Source of the DNA: Pyrinomonadaceae bacterium | GTDB taxonomy: Bacteria; Acidobacteriota; Blastocatellia; Pyrinomonadales; Pyrinomonadaceae | Direction of reading: 5' to 3' | Assembly: GCA_035494575.1 (NCBI GenBank) | Contig: DATJGV010000220.1 | Coordinates: forward strand, 1 to 48,090 | DNA length: 48,090 nucleotides | Part shown: piece after piece, positions 1-10,400 of the stretch | Position numbering within the stretch: the stretch's first letter is position 1 | Layout of the letters: the number at the start of each line of letters is the position of its first letter | Translations under genes and position numbers: made by a program | The notes under the pieces: generated by a model | The model's input: only the letters and a program-made list of their open reading frames with translations | Told to the model about the DNA's origin: nothing | Databases searched by the model: none

Positions 1-1038
1 AAGTTTTCGGCGGACATTTTTCGCTTCCAGATCCGGCGGCTGCTCTACGCGATGAGCTTCCATCACGTCGGTAAAATCACCGCTGAACGGCGTATTTCCC
101 GAAAGCATCTGGTAAGCGATGACGCCGATACTGTAAATATCGGATCGAGCATCCAGCTTGTCGCCCCGGCATTGTTCGGGCGACATGTACAACGGCGTTC
201 CCAATACGGCACCGACACGTGTCAGGTCCGTCGTTGAGGTGATCGCCGGCGCTGTCGATGGCGAACCGCCCAGTTCATCGGAAATTACACGTGTGCCCAC
301 CACCGCAGAATCGCTGCTGATGGTCCTCAAATCGGAAAATAATGCCGTCTTGTCCTCGGAACCGATTTCCGGAGCGAGCGCTATGGTCGATGCCTCAGTA
401 AACAATGTCGGCGATCCGCCTTCGACAACGGTCTCGTCATACTCAATACCCGCGTTTGTGGGGCGCGCCTGCGATCTTGCTGTAGAAAGCAGGCCGACCG
501 ACTCCGCATCGACGGCCATGCTTTCCTCGAGTTTTGCGATGCCGAAATCAAGGACCTTTACGGTATAACCGCCGCGCTGGTTTGGTTCGAGCCAGATGTT
601 GTCAGGCTTGAGATCGCGGTGAATGATGCCCTGGGTATGGGCTTCCTGAACGGCGGAGCAAACCTGTTCGAGAATGTCGAGCGTCCACGCGACCGGCAGG
701 TTTTTTTCCTCTTCGAGGATCTCGCCCAGAGTGCAGCCGTCCAGGTACTCCATTACGAGATACGCAACACGGCCGTTTATCGTCTCAGCTAACCCAAAAT
801 CGGTAACATCGACGACGTTCGGATGCCGAAGCCGACCCGCCGCTCTCGCCTCGCGGCGGAAACGCTCGACAAATTCGGCACGTTTCATAAATTGCGGCGC
901 GATTATCTTCACCGCGACCGGACGCTCGGTGCCGAGATGCGTCGCAAGATAGACCGTCCCCATGCCGCCGCGTCCCAACTCGCGTTCGACGCTGTATTTT
1001 TCGTCTAAAGTTTGGCCGATAAAATCGGTTGATCCCAT
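1..1038 (-). CDS. Hanks-type Ser/Thr protein kinase, N-terminal 346 codons (3' end runs off the left edge)
   Basis: Absent from the ORF track because the frame is open at position 1. Reverse translation from ATG 1038..1036 gives MGSTDFIGQTLDEKYSVERELGRGGMGTVYLATH..VAVKII, HRDLKPDNIW, DFGIAK, GTPLYMSPEQ and DIYSIGVIAYQML. The + strand ORFs at 52..1008 are antisense shadows. Confidence 0.9.
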   Translation of the reverse strand, partial: MGSTDFIGQTLDEKYSVERELGRGGMGTVYLATHLGTERPVAVKIIAPQFMKRAEFVERFRREARAAGRLRHPNVVDVTDFGLAETINGRVAYLVMEYLDGCTLGEILEEEKNLPVAWTLDILEQVCSAVQEAHTQGIIHRDLKPDNIWLEPNQRGGYTVKVLDFGIAKLEESMAVDAESVGLLSTARSQARPTNAGIEYDETVVEGGSPTLFTEASTIALAPEIGSEDKTALFSDLRTISSDSAVVGTRVISDELGGSPSTAPAITSTTDLTRVGAVLGTPLYMSPEQCRGDKLDARSDIYSIGVIAYQMLSGNTPFSGDFTDVMEAHRVEQPPDLEAKNVRRKL

Positions 1039-1326
1039 AACGTTTTAAAAGCAAACTCTAACCGTTTTGCAAAGCGCAATGCAAGTAGTTACGGCGCGCC
1101 ATCCGAATAAGTTTACGTCCGCTTGATACTCAATGACGATTTGGTCTAAACTGTCTCGACTTTATACATTTTGGCTTCGTTTTCCCAAAACAAATCGAAA
1201 ATTATTTCGTTTCATCTGTGCAACATTATTTCACAAATACGTATTTTTGTGCTAGACTTTATTTTGTCAATAGGTAAAAAATCTATAAAAGGACGGGTCA
1301 CGGGCGGATAAAGCCCGAAAAATATT

Positions 1327-2331
1327 ATGGATAAAGGAAAAGCAATCGAATCGGCGTTATTGCAGATCGAAAAGAAATTTGGAAAGGGCTCGATCATGCG
1401 ATTGGGCGAAAAACCGGTTGAGGATGTCGGGGCGATCTCAACAAGCTGTCTTAGCCTTGACGCGGCCATCGGCGTCGGCGGTTTTCCGCGCGGCCGCATT
1501 GTCGAGATCTACGGGCCGGAAAGCTCGGGTAAAACGACGCTCGCTCTTCAGGTTGTCGCATCGGCGCAGAAATTGGGAGGCATCGCTGCCTACATCGACG
1601 CCGAGCACGCGATGGATCCTGACTACGCCGGAAAGCTCGGCGTGAACATCGAGGACATGCTTATCTCGCAGCCTGATTCCGGCGAGCAGGCGCTGGAGAT
1701 CGCCGAGACGCTTGTGCGCTCCAACAGCGTCGATGTGATCGTGATCGATTCGGTCGCCGCACTTGTCCCTCGTGCTGAACTCGATGGCGAGATGGGCGAT
1801 TCGCTTCCCGGTTTGCAGGCTCGGCTTATGTCGCAGGCCCTTAGAAAGCTCACCGCTATAGTCGCAACCTCGCGCACATGCTTCATTTTCATCAACCAGC
1901 TTCGCGAAAAGATCGGCGTATTTTTCGGTTCGCCCGAAACGACGACTGGCGGAAAGGCTCTGAAATTTTACGCAAGTGTCCGGCTCGATATCCGCCGCAT
2001 CGGCGCTATCAAAGAAGGCGACAAAAATGTCGGCAACCGAACCCGCGTCAAGGTTGTGAAAAATAAGGTGGCACCGCCGTTTCATGAAGCCGAATTCGAC
2101 ATAATGTACGGCGAAGGCATCTCGAAGGAAGGCGATCTGCTCGATCTTGCCGTTAACAACAACGTCGTCGAAAAAAGCGGCGCGTGGTTCTCATACTCCG
2201 GCGAACGCCTCGGTCAGGGACGCGAGAACGTCAAGAATATGTTGAAGGAAAACAAGGAATTGTGCGAGCGGATCGAGCACGACGTAAAACGCGAACTCGG
2301 GCTGCTGCACGCCGAAACGGCGCTGGCCTGA
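1327..2331 (+). CDS. recA: Recombinase RecA
   Basis: Full-length 334 aa. Motifs seen: [12 protein letters not shown] (Walker A), [10 protein letters not shown] (Walker B), [22 protein letters not shown]. Confidence 0.98.
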   Translation: MDKGKAIESALLQIEKKFGKGSIMRLGEKPVEDVGAISTSCLSLDAAIGVGGFPRGRIVEIYGPESSGKTTLALQVVASAQKLGGIAAYIDAEHAMDPDYAGKLGVNIEDMLISQPDSGEQALEIAETLVRSNSVDVIVIDSVAALVPRAELDGEMGDSLPGLQARLMSQALRKLTAIVATSRTCFIFINQLREKIGVFFGSPETTTGGKALKFYASVRLDIRRIGAIKEGDKNVGNRTRVKVVKNKVAPPFHEAEFDIMYGEGISKEGDLLDLAVNNNVVEKSGAWFSYSGERLGQGRENVKNMLKENKELCERIEHDVKRELGLLHAETALA

Positions 2332-2343
2332 TTGGTTTTGCGC

Positions 2344-2370
2344 GGGAGAGATTCCGAATACGAATCTCTC
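2344..2370. terminator. Perfect 10-bp stem hairpin between convergent recA and the 2390..2893 gene
   Basis: GGAGAGATTC (2344..2353), loop CGAATAC, GAATCTCTCC (2361..2370). There is no clear U-tract on either side. Confidence 0.45.
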
Positions 2371-2389
2371 CGGCTACAACATGAAAAAA

Positions 2390-2893
2390 TTATTCAGGCT
2401 TTCGGACTCGTCCGGGAGCTTTTTTCTTTTGATTGTTAACAGGCTGATTCGCCGGCGGTTTGGCCGCGTTCGCCGCGGGTGCAGGCGTCATCGGCGGCGG
2501 ACCGGCATTCGAAGACTTGTTCGAGTTGCCGTAAAGCTGTTCCCACTGCCGTTTGAGCGTTGCTGCATCCGGAATTCCGGGTGTCGGCGTGGCTCCTGGT
2601 TTCTGTGGTTTTTTAGCAGCTTTCGGGTCAGGGATTCCCGGTGCCAGCATGCCATTGTTTGACGGCAGATTGGTTATCGGCGTCGCGCCGGGAATGCTGC
2701 GGGGCGCGTTTGCCGCCGGTATCGGCGACGGCGTGGGAGTTGGCGACGGCTCGCCCGTCACACTTTTGGAACTGTTTTTTACAACCAGATTGGCATTGTT
2801 GCCTAATCCATCGTTTGACGAACTGACCTGCTGACAACCGATACTAAATACCAGCGCCGAGATCGAGATAATGAATAAAAATGTCTTGTTCAT
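2390..2893 (-). CDS. Secreted or lipoprotein-like low-complexity Pro/Ala/Asn-rich protein
   Basis: Track ORF 2390..3022. The likely start is the internal ATG at 2893 (MNKTFLFIISISALVFSIGCQQ, a signal peptide with Cys). The remainder is PTPTPSPIP / PGATPTPGIP low-complexity sequence. Confidence 0.55.
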   Translation of the reverse strand: MNKTFLFIISISALVFSIGCQQVSSSNDGLGNNANLVVKNSSKSVTGEPSPTPTPSPIPAANAPRSIPGATPITNLPSNNGMLAPGIPDPKAAKKPQKPGATPTPGIPDAATLKRQWEQLYGNSNKSSNAGPPPMTPAPAANAAKPPANQPVNNQKKKAPGRVRKPE

Positions 2894-3194
2894 AATTTTA
2901 CTGCTCGTACAATTTAAAATAGCTGTGCCGGCTTGAATGTAGCGTCCCTGGGGGACAGCGACGGCGTTCAAACCGGCACGGGCAGGTATCAAACGGAATT
3001 CGGAAGGTAGTGTAACCGACATGGCTGGCGGCTACTAAATTGTGATTATAGCCCCGTCAGACTTTTTGTCAATGCCGAAATATCCGCTTTTGTTTGAAAC
3101 CCCGACGCCGTGCGGCATTTTCCCGTACGCGATTTGACATCAATTTCTCGCTTATTTAGACTAATTAACTTGCCCTTTTGTTGCACACAATAGA

Positions 3195-3270
<76 letters not shown>

Positions 3271-3286
3271 GAAAAACCAGTAGTTC

Positions 3287-3317
3287 AAGGCCATCCAATC
3301 GGTGGCCTTTTATTTTT
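3287..3317 (+). terminator. Rho-independent terminator after tRNA-Phe
   Basis: AAGGCCA..TGGCCTT stem followed by TTTATTTTTG. Confidence 0.7.
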
Positions 3318-3559
3318 GTTGGTCTCTCGATCGGTTTACCGCACGTTTACAATTTTCAGGGCAGGAGAAGCGAGATAAAACTAAATTTTATTAATTTTGT
3401 GTTTTCATAATTATTCCTCATTTCCCTTTCTCAGCCGATTTGGTTTATGATGGTCTTCTCAATTGTTTCGCTTTACAAGCAAGTTTTCTATTCTTTGGGC
3501 CAGCTTGGACTTGGTCTCTTTTACACGTAAGGTTCAACGGCTCGGTCGTATAATTGTCG

Positions 3560-6268
3560 ATGAAGAGAATCGTCCTACTGACAACATTGCTGTTGTGCGC
3601 CTTTTGCGTGTACGCGAATTCACAGAATTCAACTACACCCACTCGCTGGACAACGGATGATATCGTATTGGCTGAGCAGGCATCGTCATTTGAGATATCG
3701 CCAAATGGCCGATTATTGGTATGGGTGAAGACTGTTCCTGAAAAGGACAAAGATCGCAGCGTTTCGAATCTGTTTCTGACCGACCTCATTGAAAACAAAG
3801 AGGTACAGCTGACACGCGGTAATGAAAGCAGCTCCTCACCAAAATGGTCATCCACCGGAAAGTACATATCATTTCTAACCTCAAGGCAAACCGGCAAATC
3901 TGGCGATGCAGCCGGTGCAGCGTCCACACAGTTATGGTTAATAAATCCGTCCGGAGGCGAACCTTGGCCGATAACATCATTTACTCGTGAGATTTCTGAT
4001 TACGAATGGGTGGATGACAATACTTTGATCTTCTCAGCGCGCGAAGAGCCATCCTTGTATGAAAGCTCAGTAAAAAGCAAAGACAATTCGATTGTGATCG
4101 AAGACGAAGAGCACGAACCGCCGCTGCGTTTATTCAGATATAAGATTTCAACTAAACAAGTAACCCGTTTGACCGCCAATACCGACCGTATTACCGATTT
4201 TGCATTGTCACCGGATGGACTTCATGTCGTGACAATACATGAACAAAGTCTGAGGTACGAGTACGACAATCGTGATAAGCCACTGGTTTTTCTCTATGAC
4301 CTGAAGAGCGGTGAGCGAGAGCAAATTTTTAACGATAAGGAATTCAATCTTCGGGCGATTCGGTGGGCAAAGGATGGAAAAGGCTTTTATGTTTCCAGCA
4401 GTTTCAAGCCCGATCCTAAGTACCTATGGGCGACGCGGATCCAGATCTATTATTACGATCTTGGAGCCCGCATTCCGCAAAAGGTCAATCTCGACTGGGA
4501 AAGAGGCTTATCCGGTGGATTTGTTACAACCGACGACGGATTCGTTGTTTTGCTCGCCAACGGAGCCAGAAATAAGCTTGCTCACTTTGTACGTGATGGC
4601 AATTCGTGGCGTCGCGAATTCATAACGGGCGATCACGCTGAGAATATATTCGGATTTAATATTGGCAAGGATGGTAAAACCCTTGTTTACAATTATTCGA
4701 CCCCGAGCATTCCAACTCAGTGGTATTACGGACGGCTCGATGAAAACCGCATCAATTCACCGCTACAGATAACAAGACTTAATAAGCGCCTCGAAGACAA
4801 GCAGATCGCACGCACCGAACTGATGCACTGGAAAGGCGCCTTGGACGAACAGGTCGAAGGCATTCTGTATTACCCTCACAATTACAAACCGGAACAAAAA
4901 TATCCCCTTGTTGTAATGATTCATGGCGGGCCGACCTTGGTTGATTATGACGCTTGGCGCGAGACGGCAAATTATCCGCATAATTTGTACAACCAGCGCG
5001 GAGCGTTCGTTCTTGCTCCGAATTATCATGGCAGCTCAAACTATGGCTTAAAGTGGGCCGAATCCATTGGAAAGGGAAACTATTACGATCTGGAAGTTCC
5101 CGATATCGAAAAAGGCGTCGATTACCTTATCAGCCGAGGCATGGTCGACCCGGACAAGCTTGGCGTCCTTGGCTGGTCGAACGGCTCTCTTCTAACGATA
5201 GCGCTTACAACTTTTACTACGCGCTACAAGGCCGCTGGCGCTGGCGCGGGTGTAGTAGATTGGACGAGCGATTGGGCCACGGCGTATTTCGGGGCGTCAT
5301 TTGACAATTACTATTTCGGCGCATCCCCACTAGAAGATCCACAGCGCTACTTCACAAAATCGCCATTTTATAAACTCGACCGCGTTAGAACGCCCACGAT
5401 TATCTTCTTTGGCGAAAATGATCCGACGGTTTCGCCAAGTCAAGGCTGGATGCACTACCGCGCCCTGCAACAGCTTGGAAAAACCGATGTCAGATTCGTG
5501 ATATTTCCTGGTGAACGTCACGTCCCGCAAAAAATCAGCCATCAACGAAGAAAGATCGAGGAAGAACTCGCTTGGTTCGAAAAATATCTGTTTAAAACGT
5601 ATAAGCCGGAGAATGAGGCATTAAAGACCGGCTCGCCGTTGGCCGAAGCTCTGAAACTTAAGAACGTACCGCGCGACCTCGGCCGCTACGGCATTATAAG
5701 CAGCGCGAAACTGATTCCGGAAACTGTTAATTATAAGGGCATGCGAATAGGCCGTTTCGAAGTCACACGCGCACAATTTGCGCAATTTGACAAGAGCTAC
5801 AAGTATGCCGCCGGAACTGATAATTTTCCGGCGAACGATGTCACCTTTCAACAGGCAAAAGATTACATAGCGTGGCTTTCCGAGGCCACGGGCTCGCGTT
5901 ACCGACTCGTTACCGAAGCCGAAGCCAAAGACATTTACGACGTCGATGCAGGGGGTGAGAATACCCTCGATCGCTGGGCAGGTTATTCAATAAATCCTGA
6001 TGATGCCGTGCGTCTTGAACCGATCATCGAAGAACTCGGGGCAGGTGCTCCTTTGCTGAAAGAGGTTGGCAGTTTTACGGGGCGCGGATCGGATGAACTC
6101 GTGTTCGATCTTGGCGGCAATGTTGCTGAGTGGGTACTTTCTACAAATAATTCCGGCCGCGCGTATGGAGGCAGCGCCGATATGCCATCCGACCCAAAGA
6201 TCCCTGATCGAAAGCCGGCACCTCAATATATAGGTTTTCGCGTTGTAAAAGAAATCGGCGGAAAATAA
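3560..6268 (+). CDS. Exported S9-family serine peptidase (beta-propeller plus alpha/beta hydrolase) fused to a C-terminal FGE/SUMF1-like domain
   Basis: The track start at 3554 is TTG; the ATG at 3560 gives signal peptide MKRIVLLTTLLLCAFCVYANSQ. S9 features: GWSNGS nucleophile elbow and FPGERHV. The C-terminal ~190 aa carries FGE-like motifs: RIGRFEVTRAQF, NFPANDVTFQQAKDY, YRLVTEAEAK, GGNVAEWV, IGFRVVKE. Confidence 0.85.
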   Translation: MKRIVLLTTLLLCAFCVYANSQNSTTPTRWTTDDIVLAEQASSFEISPNGRLLVWVKTVPEKDKDRSVSNLFLTDLIENKEVQLTRGNESSSSPKWSSTGKYISFLTSRQTGKSGDAAGAASTQLWLINPSGGEPWPITSFTREISDYEWVDDNTLIFSAREEPSLYESSVKSKDNSIVIEDEEHEPPLRLFRYKISTKQVTRLTANTDRITDFALSPDGLHVVTIHEQSLRYEYDNRDKPLVFLYDLKSGEREQIFNDKEFNLRAIRWAKDGKGFYVSSSFKPDPKYLWATRIQIYYYDLGARIPQKVNLDWERGLSGGFVTTDDGFVVLLANGARNKLAHFVRDGNSWRREFITGDHAENIFGFNIGKDGKTLVYNYSTPSIPTQWYYGRLDENRINSPLQITRLNKRLEDKQIARTELMHWKGALDEQVEGILYYPHNYKPEQKYPLVVMIHGGPTLVDYDAWRETANYPHNLYNQRGAFVLAPNYHGSSNYGLKWAESIGKGNYYDLEVPDIEKGVDYLISRGMVDPDKLGVLGWSNGSLLTIALTTFTTRYKAAGAGAGVVDWTSDWATAYFGASFDNYYFGASPLEDPQRYFTKSPFYKLDRVRTPTIIFFGENDPTVSPSQGWMHYRALQQLGKTDVRFVIFPGERHVPQKISHQRRKIEEELAWFEKYLFKTYKPENEALKTGSPLAEALKLKNVPRDLGRYGIISSAKLIPETVNYKGMRIGRFEVTRAQFAQFDKSYKYAAGTDNFPANDVTFQQAKDYIAWLSEATGSRYRLVTEAEAKDIYDVDAGGENTLDRWAGYSINPDDAVRLEPIIEELGAGAPLLKEVGSFTGRGSDELVFDLGGNVAEWVLSTNNSGRAYGGSADMPSDPKIPDRKPAPQYIGFRVVKEIGGK

Positions 6269-6320
6269 TTTTCAAGGCCGCTGTATTTCAGTCAAGAAAT
6301 AGCTCGACGGAGGCAACTCA

Positions 6321-7187
6321 ATGTATATTTTTTGCAAAATTAGATCGATTAAATACTTTGGCTTTTTGCTTTACGCATTATTGCTTTGTGGCGTATTCAT
6401 GCAAATACGGGCGCAAGAGCGCCTGGTGATCGTCGGCGGTGGAACACGGCCGCAGTCTGCCATGGCAAAATTTGTGGAATGGGCAGGAAAGGACCGTTCA
6501 CGAATCTTGATAATCCCGTGGGCAACTGAGGAACCGGAGTCTGCCTTTGATTATTTGAAAAAAGACCTTATTGAATTCAAACCTGAGGCCATCGAACTTG
6601 CACCGGTAGCGCCTATGACACCGGAAAAGAAACAAAAATTCCTGACTCAACTTGAAAATGCAACCGGGGTCTTCTTTACCGGCGGTGACCAAGTAAAAAT
6701 CATGAATGTCCTAAAGGATGAGTCACTTCTCGAGGGCCTGAGAAAGCGCTATGCGGCCGGTGTGGTCTTCGGTGGTACGAGTGCCGGCACGGCAATAATG
6801 TCCCGGCAGATGATCACCGGTGAGGGTGATTTTACAGTGATAGATGGAAAAAAGGTCCAAACTTCGACGGGACTTGGTCTATTGCCCAACTATGTCATTG
6901 TTGATCAGCACTTTATCAAGCGGCAACGCCAGAACAGACTTTTTGGCCTGATTCTGCAGGAAGGAAAATTTGGTATTGGCATTGACGAGGATACTGCGTT
7001 GCTGGTTACGGACAACCGTTTCGCAGAGGTAACTGGAGTAAATCAGGTCATGACCGTTGATCCGCAGCGTGATGGTTCGCTCGTAATACGCCTGCTGCAT
7101 CCTGGCGAAATTCTTGACCTTCGTACGCGAAGGCTTGGAAAGAAAAGAGCAGCAAAACATCCTGATACCGGATCCAGCAGCCAATAA
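6321..7187 (+). CDS. Cyanophycinase-like S51 peptidase, exported
   Basis: Motifs RLVIVGGGTRP, GVFFTGGDQ, FGGTSAGTAIMS (nucleophile Ser context) and VDQHFIKRQRQNRL. The N-terminus is hydrophobic (FGFLLYALLLCGVFMQIRAQ). Confidence 0.8.
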   Translation: MYIFCKIRSIKYFGFLLYALLLCGVFMQIRAQERLVIVGGGTRPQSAMAKFVEWAGKDRSRILIIPWATEEPESAFDYLKKDLIEFKPEAIELAPVAPMTPEKKQKFLTQLENATGVFFTGGDQVKIMNVLKDESLLEGLRKRYAAGVVFGGTSAGTAIMSRQMITGEGDFTVIDGKKVQTSTGLGLLPNYVIVDQHFIKRQRQNRLFGLILQEGKFGIGIDEDTALLVTDNRFAEVTGVNQVMTVDPQRDGSLVIRLLHPGEILDLRTRRLGKKRAAKHPDTGSSSQ

Positions 7188-7188
7188 G

Positions 7189-7220
7189 CAGGTTGCTGAC
7201 TTTTTCCGGCAACCTTTTTC
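7189..7220 (+). terminator. Rho-independent terminator after the cyanophycinase gene
   Basis: AGGTTGC (7190..7196) pairs with GCAACCT (7209..7215), followed by TTTTT. Confidence 0.65.
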
Positions 7221-7468
7221 CAGAACGTGCGTATAAGATTTATCTGACAGTATTCTGATTTTGTCTGACAGTAGTTCCCATCGGGGCTTTCGGCTTTATT
7301 AAAAATAAAACAATTTTTTGTTGAGACATCTTCCGATGGATGTTTCTATTGCTTCTATATCCAGTATCCAAAATTTTAGGTTCTTCCAGACGCTGGATAT
7401 AGGCTTATTTTCTTTTAACAACTTCCCCGGGGGCAAATGCTCCGGGTTATACGATGGAGACATACTGA

Positions 7469-10400
7469 ATGATTAAACATGACTCAAAACGAAGTTCGTT
7501 CTTCATGTGGGCCGTAATGTTGGTCACCTTGTTTGCGGGCCAAGGTGTTTTTGCACAAACCGGAACCTCCTCCATAAGCGGAACCGTTAAGGACGCGCAA
7601 GGGAACGTTGCGGTTGGAGCGACAGTCACACTCTCAAACCCTGAAACCAACTTCAACCGGACACAGGTAACCAATGGCGAAGGAAATTTTTCGTTTTTGG
7701 GAATCCCGCCGGACACTTATTCGCTCGAGGTGAACGCGTCCGGCTTCAAGAAAGCCGTTTTAAAGGACGTTCAGGCCCTTGTTGCAAAGCCAACTGAGGT
7801 CAACGTTCAAATCGAAGTCGGCAGCGTTTCCGAATCCGTTACGGTTTCGGCTGAGGGAAGTGAAGCTCTCATTAACACGCAGGACGCATCTTTGGGCAAC
7901 AATTTCCAGTCGCTCCAGATCACTCAACTCCCGCTCGAAGCTCGCGATGTTACATCTCTCTTAACGCTTCAGCCGGGATCAACCCGCGAGGGCTATGTTG
8001 CCGGAGCGCGCGCAGATCAGTCAAACGTGACACTTGATGGCGTCGATATCAACGAGGCCCAGACAAATCAGGTCGGATCGCCGAAAGGTGGCGTCGGTGC
8101 CGACTCGCTTAACGGTTTCTCGGACTCGCCAACGGCGGGTACGGTTCTCAGGCTTAATGGCGAAGCAGTTGAAGAATTTCGTGTAACTACAACAAATCCG
8201 AACGCGTCGATGGGAAGGTCGTCCGGTGCTCAGATCTCATTGATCACTAAAACCGGCACTAATAGTTGGCGTGGCGCGGCCTTCCTGTATAACCGTGATA
8301 CCGCATTCACCGCGAATGATTTTTTCAACAATCGGAGCGGCATCGAACGTCCGAATCTTAAGCGAAACGTTTATGGCGGTGCAGTCGGAGGACCGATCAT
8401 CAAGGACCGCGCGTTCTTCTTTTATAGTTATGAAGGCCGCCGGGATCGCAGTCAGGCAACATTTCTGTCACGCGTCCCCTTGGCAAGCATGGGCCGGGGC
8501 GAACTACGCTACTATAACGACGATGGCGGGGTAACAACTCTCACCTCAGCGGATATGGCAACGATATTTCCTGATCTGAACGGGGTTAATCCTGCGGCCG
8601 TTTCCGCCTTAGCGGCTGCTGCTGCAAAATATCCTGCGAACGATTTTTCAATCGGCGATGGATTGAACGTTGCGGGTTACAGGTTTAACGCTCCGCTGCC
8701 GATTGATCTGAATTCACACGTGGCACGCCTCGATTTCAATTTAACGTCAAAACAGCAGGCGTACGTCCGCTTCCAGTATCAGCAAGACGACATCGGCGGT
8801 AGCCGTTTGTTTCCGGACACTCCATCACAAGATACGTGGTCGCACCCGCTCGGGCTTGTCGTCGGCCATAATTGGACGATTGGCAATAACCTTATTAACA
8901 CGTTCAGGTACGGCCTGACGAGAGAAGCCTTTACAGCTGGAGGGGATTCGTCCAAGAACGAGATTTATTTCCGAAATATCTTCTTTCCCGTTAACGACTC
9001 GCGCGAAACATCTCGCAAGACCCCGGTTCAGAATATTGTTGACGATGTGTCGTGGATCAAGGGTAGCCATACCTGGCAGTTCGGTACGAATATCCGGATC
9101 ATCCGTAACCACCGCGTAAGCTACGCGAATGCGTTCGATACTGCGTACACGAACCCGTCCGGCTGGGAAGACAGTGGCAGCCCGATAACCGACGCCATCA
9201 ATGAATTTTCGGTTATTGGTTCGGACAGCGATGAGTCCGATGTTCGCAGTGCGGCGACTGCGCTTTTAGGCCGCCTGACAGCGTTTACCGGCCGCTTTAC
9301 ATTCGACGGTGACGGAAATCTTCTACCGGCAGGAGCGCCCAGCGTACGCGATTTTGCAACGGAAGAGTATGACTTTTATGCTCAAGACATCTGGAAAATA
9401 AAATCGAACCTGACACTCACGGCTGGCCTTCGATATAGCCTGAGCCGTCCTGTTTATGAAAAGAACGGTCTCGAGGCAAGGCCTAACATTTCCCTATCCG
9501 AATTTTTCCGCCGCAGGCTTGCTGGCGCTGCATCGGGTGTTCCCTACAATGATCCCCTGACGGTTGAGCTGTCTGGTCCGGCAAATGGCAAAGCTCCACT
9601 TTACGACTGGGACACTAATAATTTCCAGCCGCGTATCGCGCTTGCATGGTCGCCAAATTTCAAACAGGGATTCCTGGCCACTCTCTTTGGCAAGAATAGC
9701 GAATCGGTTTTCCGCGGTGGTTTTGGCATCTCGAACGACTACTACGGCCAGCAGTTAGCGGTTGCGTTCGACTTGAACAATAAGCTGGGCTTTGCTTCGC
9801 AGGTAACGCTGGCTGCGGGAACATGCAATACCACAACCGTAATTTGTCCGTTATTTACCTCTTTTTCACAGGATGTGAGAGGTTTGCTTCCCGATTTCGG
9901 CTTGCCTGTTCCGGGATCGTTATCGTTCCCTCAAATGGCTCCCGTGGACAGCAGACGCCGTATCGAATCGTCAATCGATTCCGAGATCAAGGCTCCGATC
10001 CATTATAGCTGGAACTTTACATACGAAAGGACACTTCCGAAGGGATTTGTTGTTTCTGCTTCGTATGTCGGACGGGCCGCGCGTAACCTCCTGGCGTCGC
10101 GGGACGTTGCCGCTCTGAATAATCTTGTCGATACCAAATCCGGTATGGATTGGTACACAGCGGCCGGAATGTTGGAGGACTACCGCCGACAATATTCGCC
10201 TACAATAGATCCGAGCCTTCCTAGATCCGTACGAGATCCGTTATATCAGACCGCAATAAGATCTGTTCCGGCGATTCCGTACTTCGAGAATTTGTTCGCG
10301 AGTGTTCCCGGTTTCGCTGGCTGGATGTTAGGAGGCAGCCGGGCATCGATGGCCCAAAATGCAACTCAGGCTGTTTTTGGTGACGCATTGATCTTTAACG

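Noticed and set aside
52-1054. Several 60-136-aa ORFs (52..237, 158..568, 674..952, 785..1054, 823..1008)
   Set aside because: All overlap the clearly motif-bearing Ser/Thr kinase frame on the minus strand. That frame is missing from the track only because it is open at the window edge.
7188-7468. Cobalamin or other riboswitch in front of the TonB-dependent receptor
   Set aside because: I could not find a B12-box-like core or any other riboswitch signature I recognise. Only simple repeats and hairpins are present, and these are reported separately.
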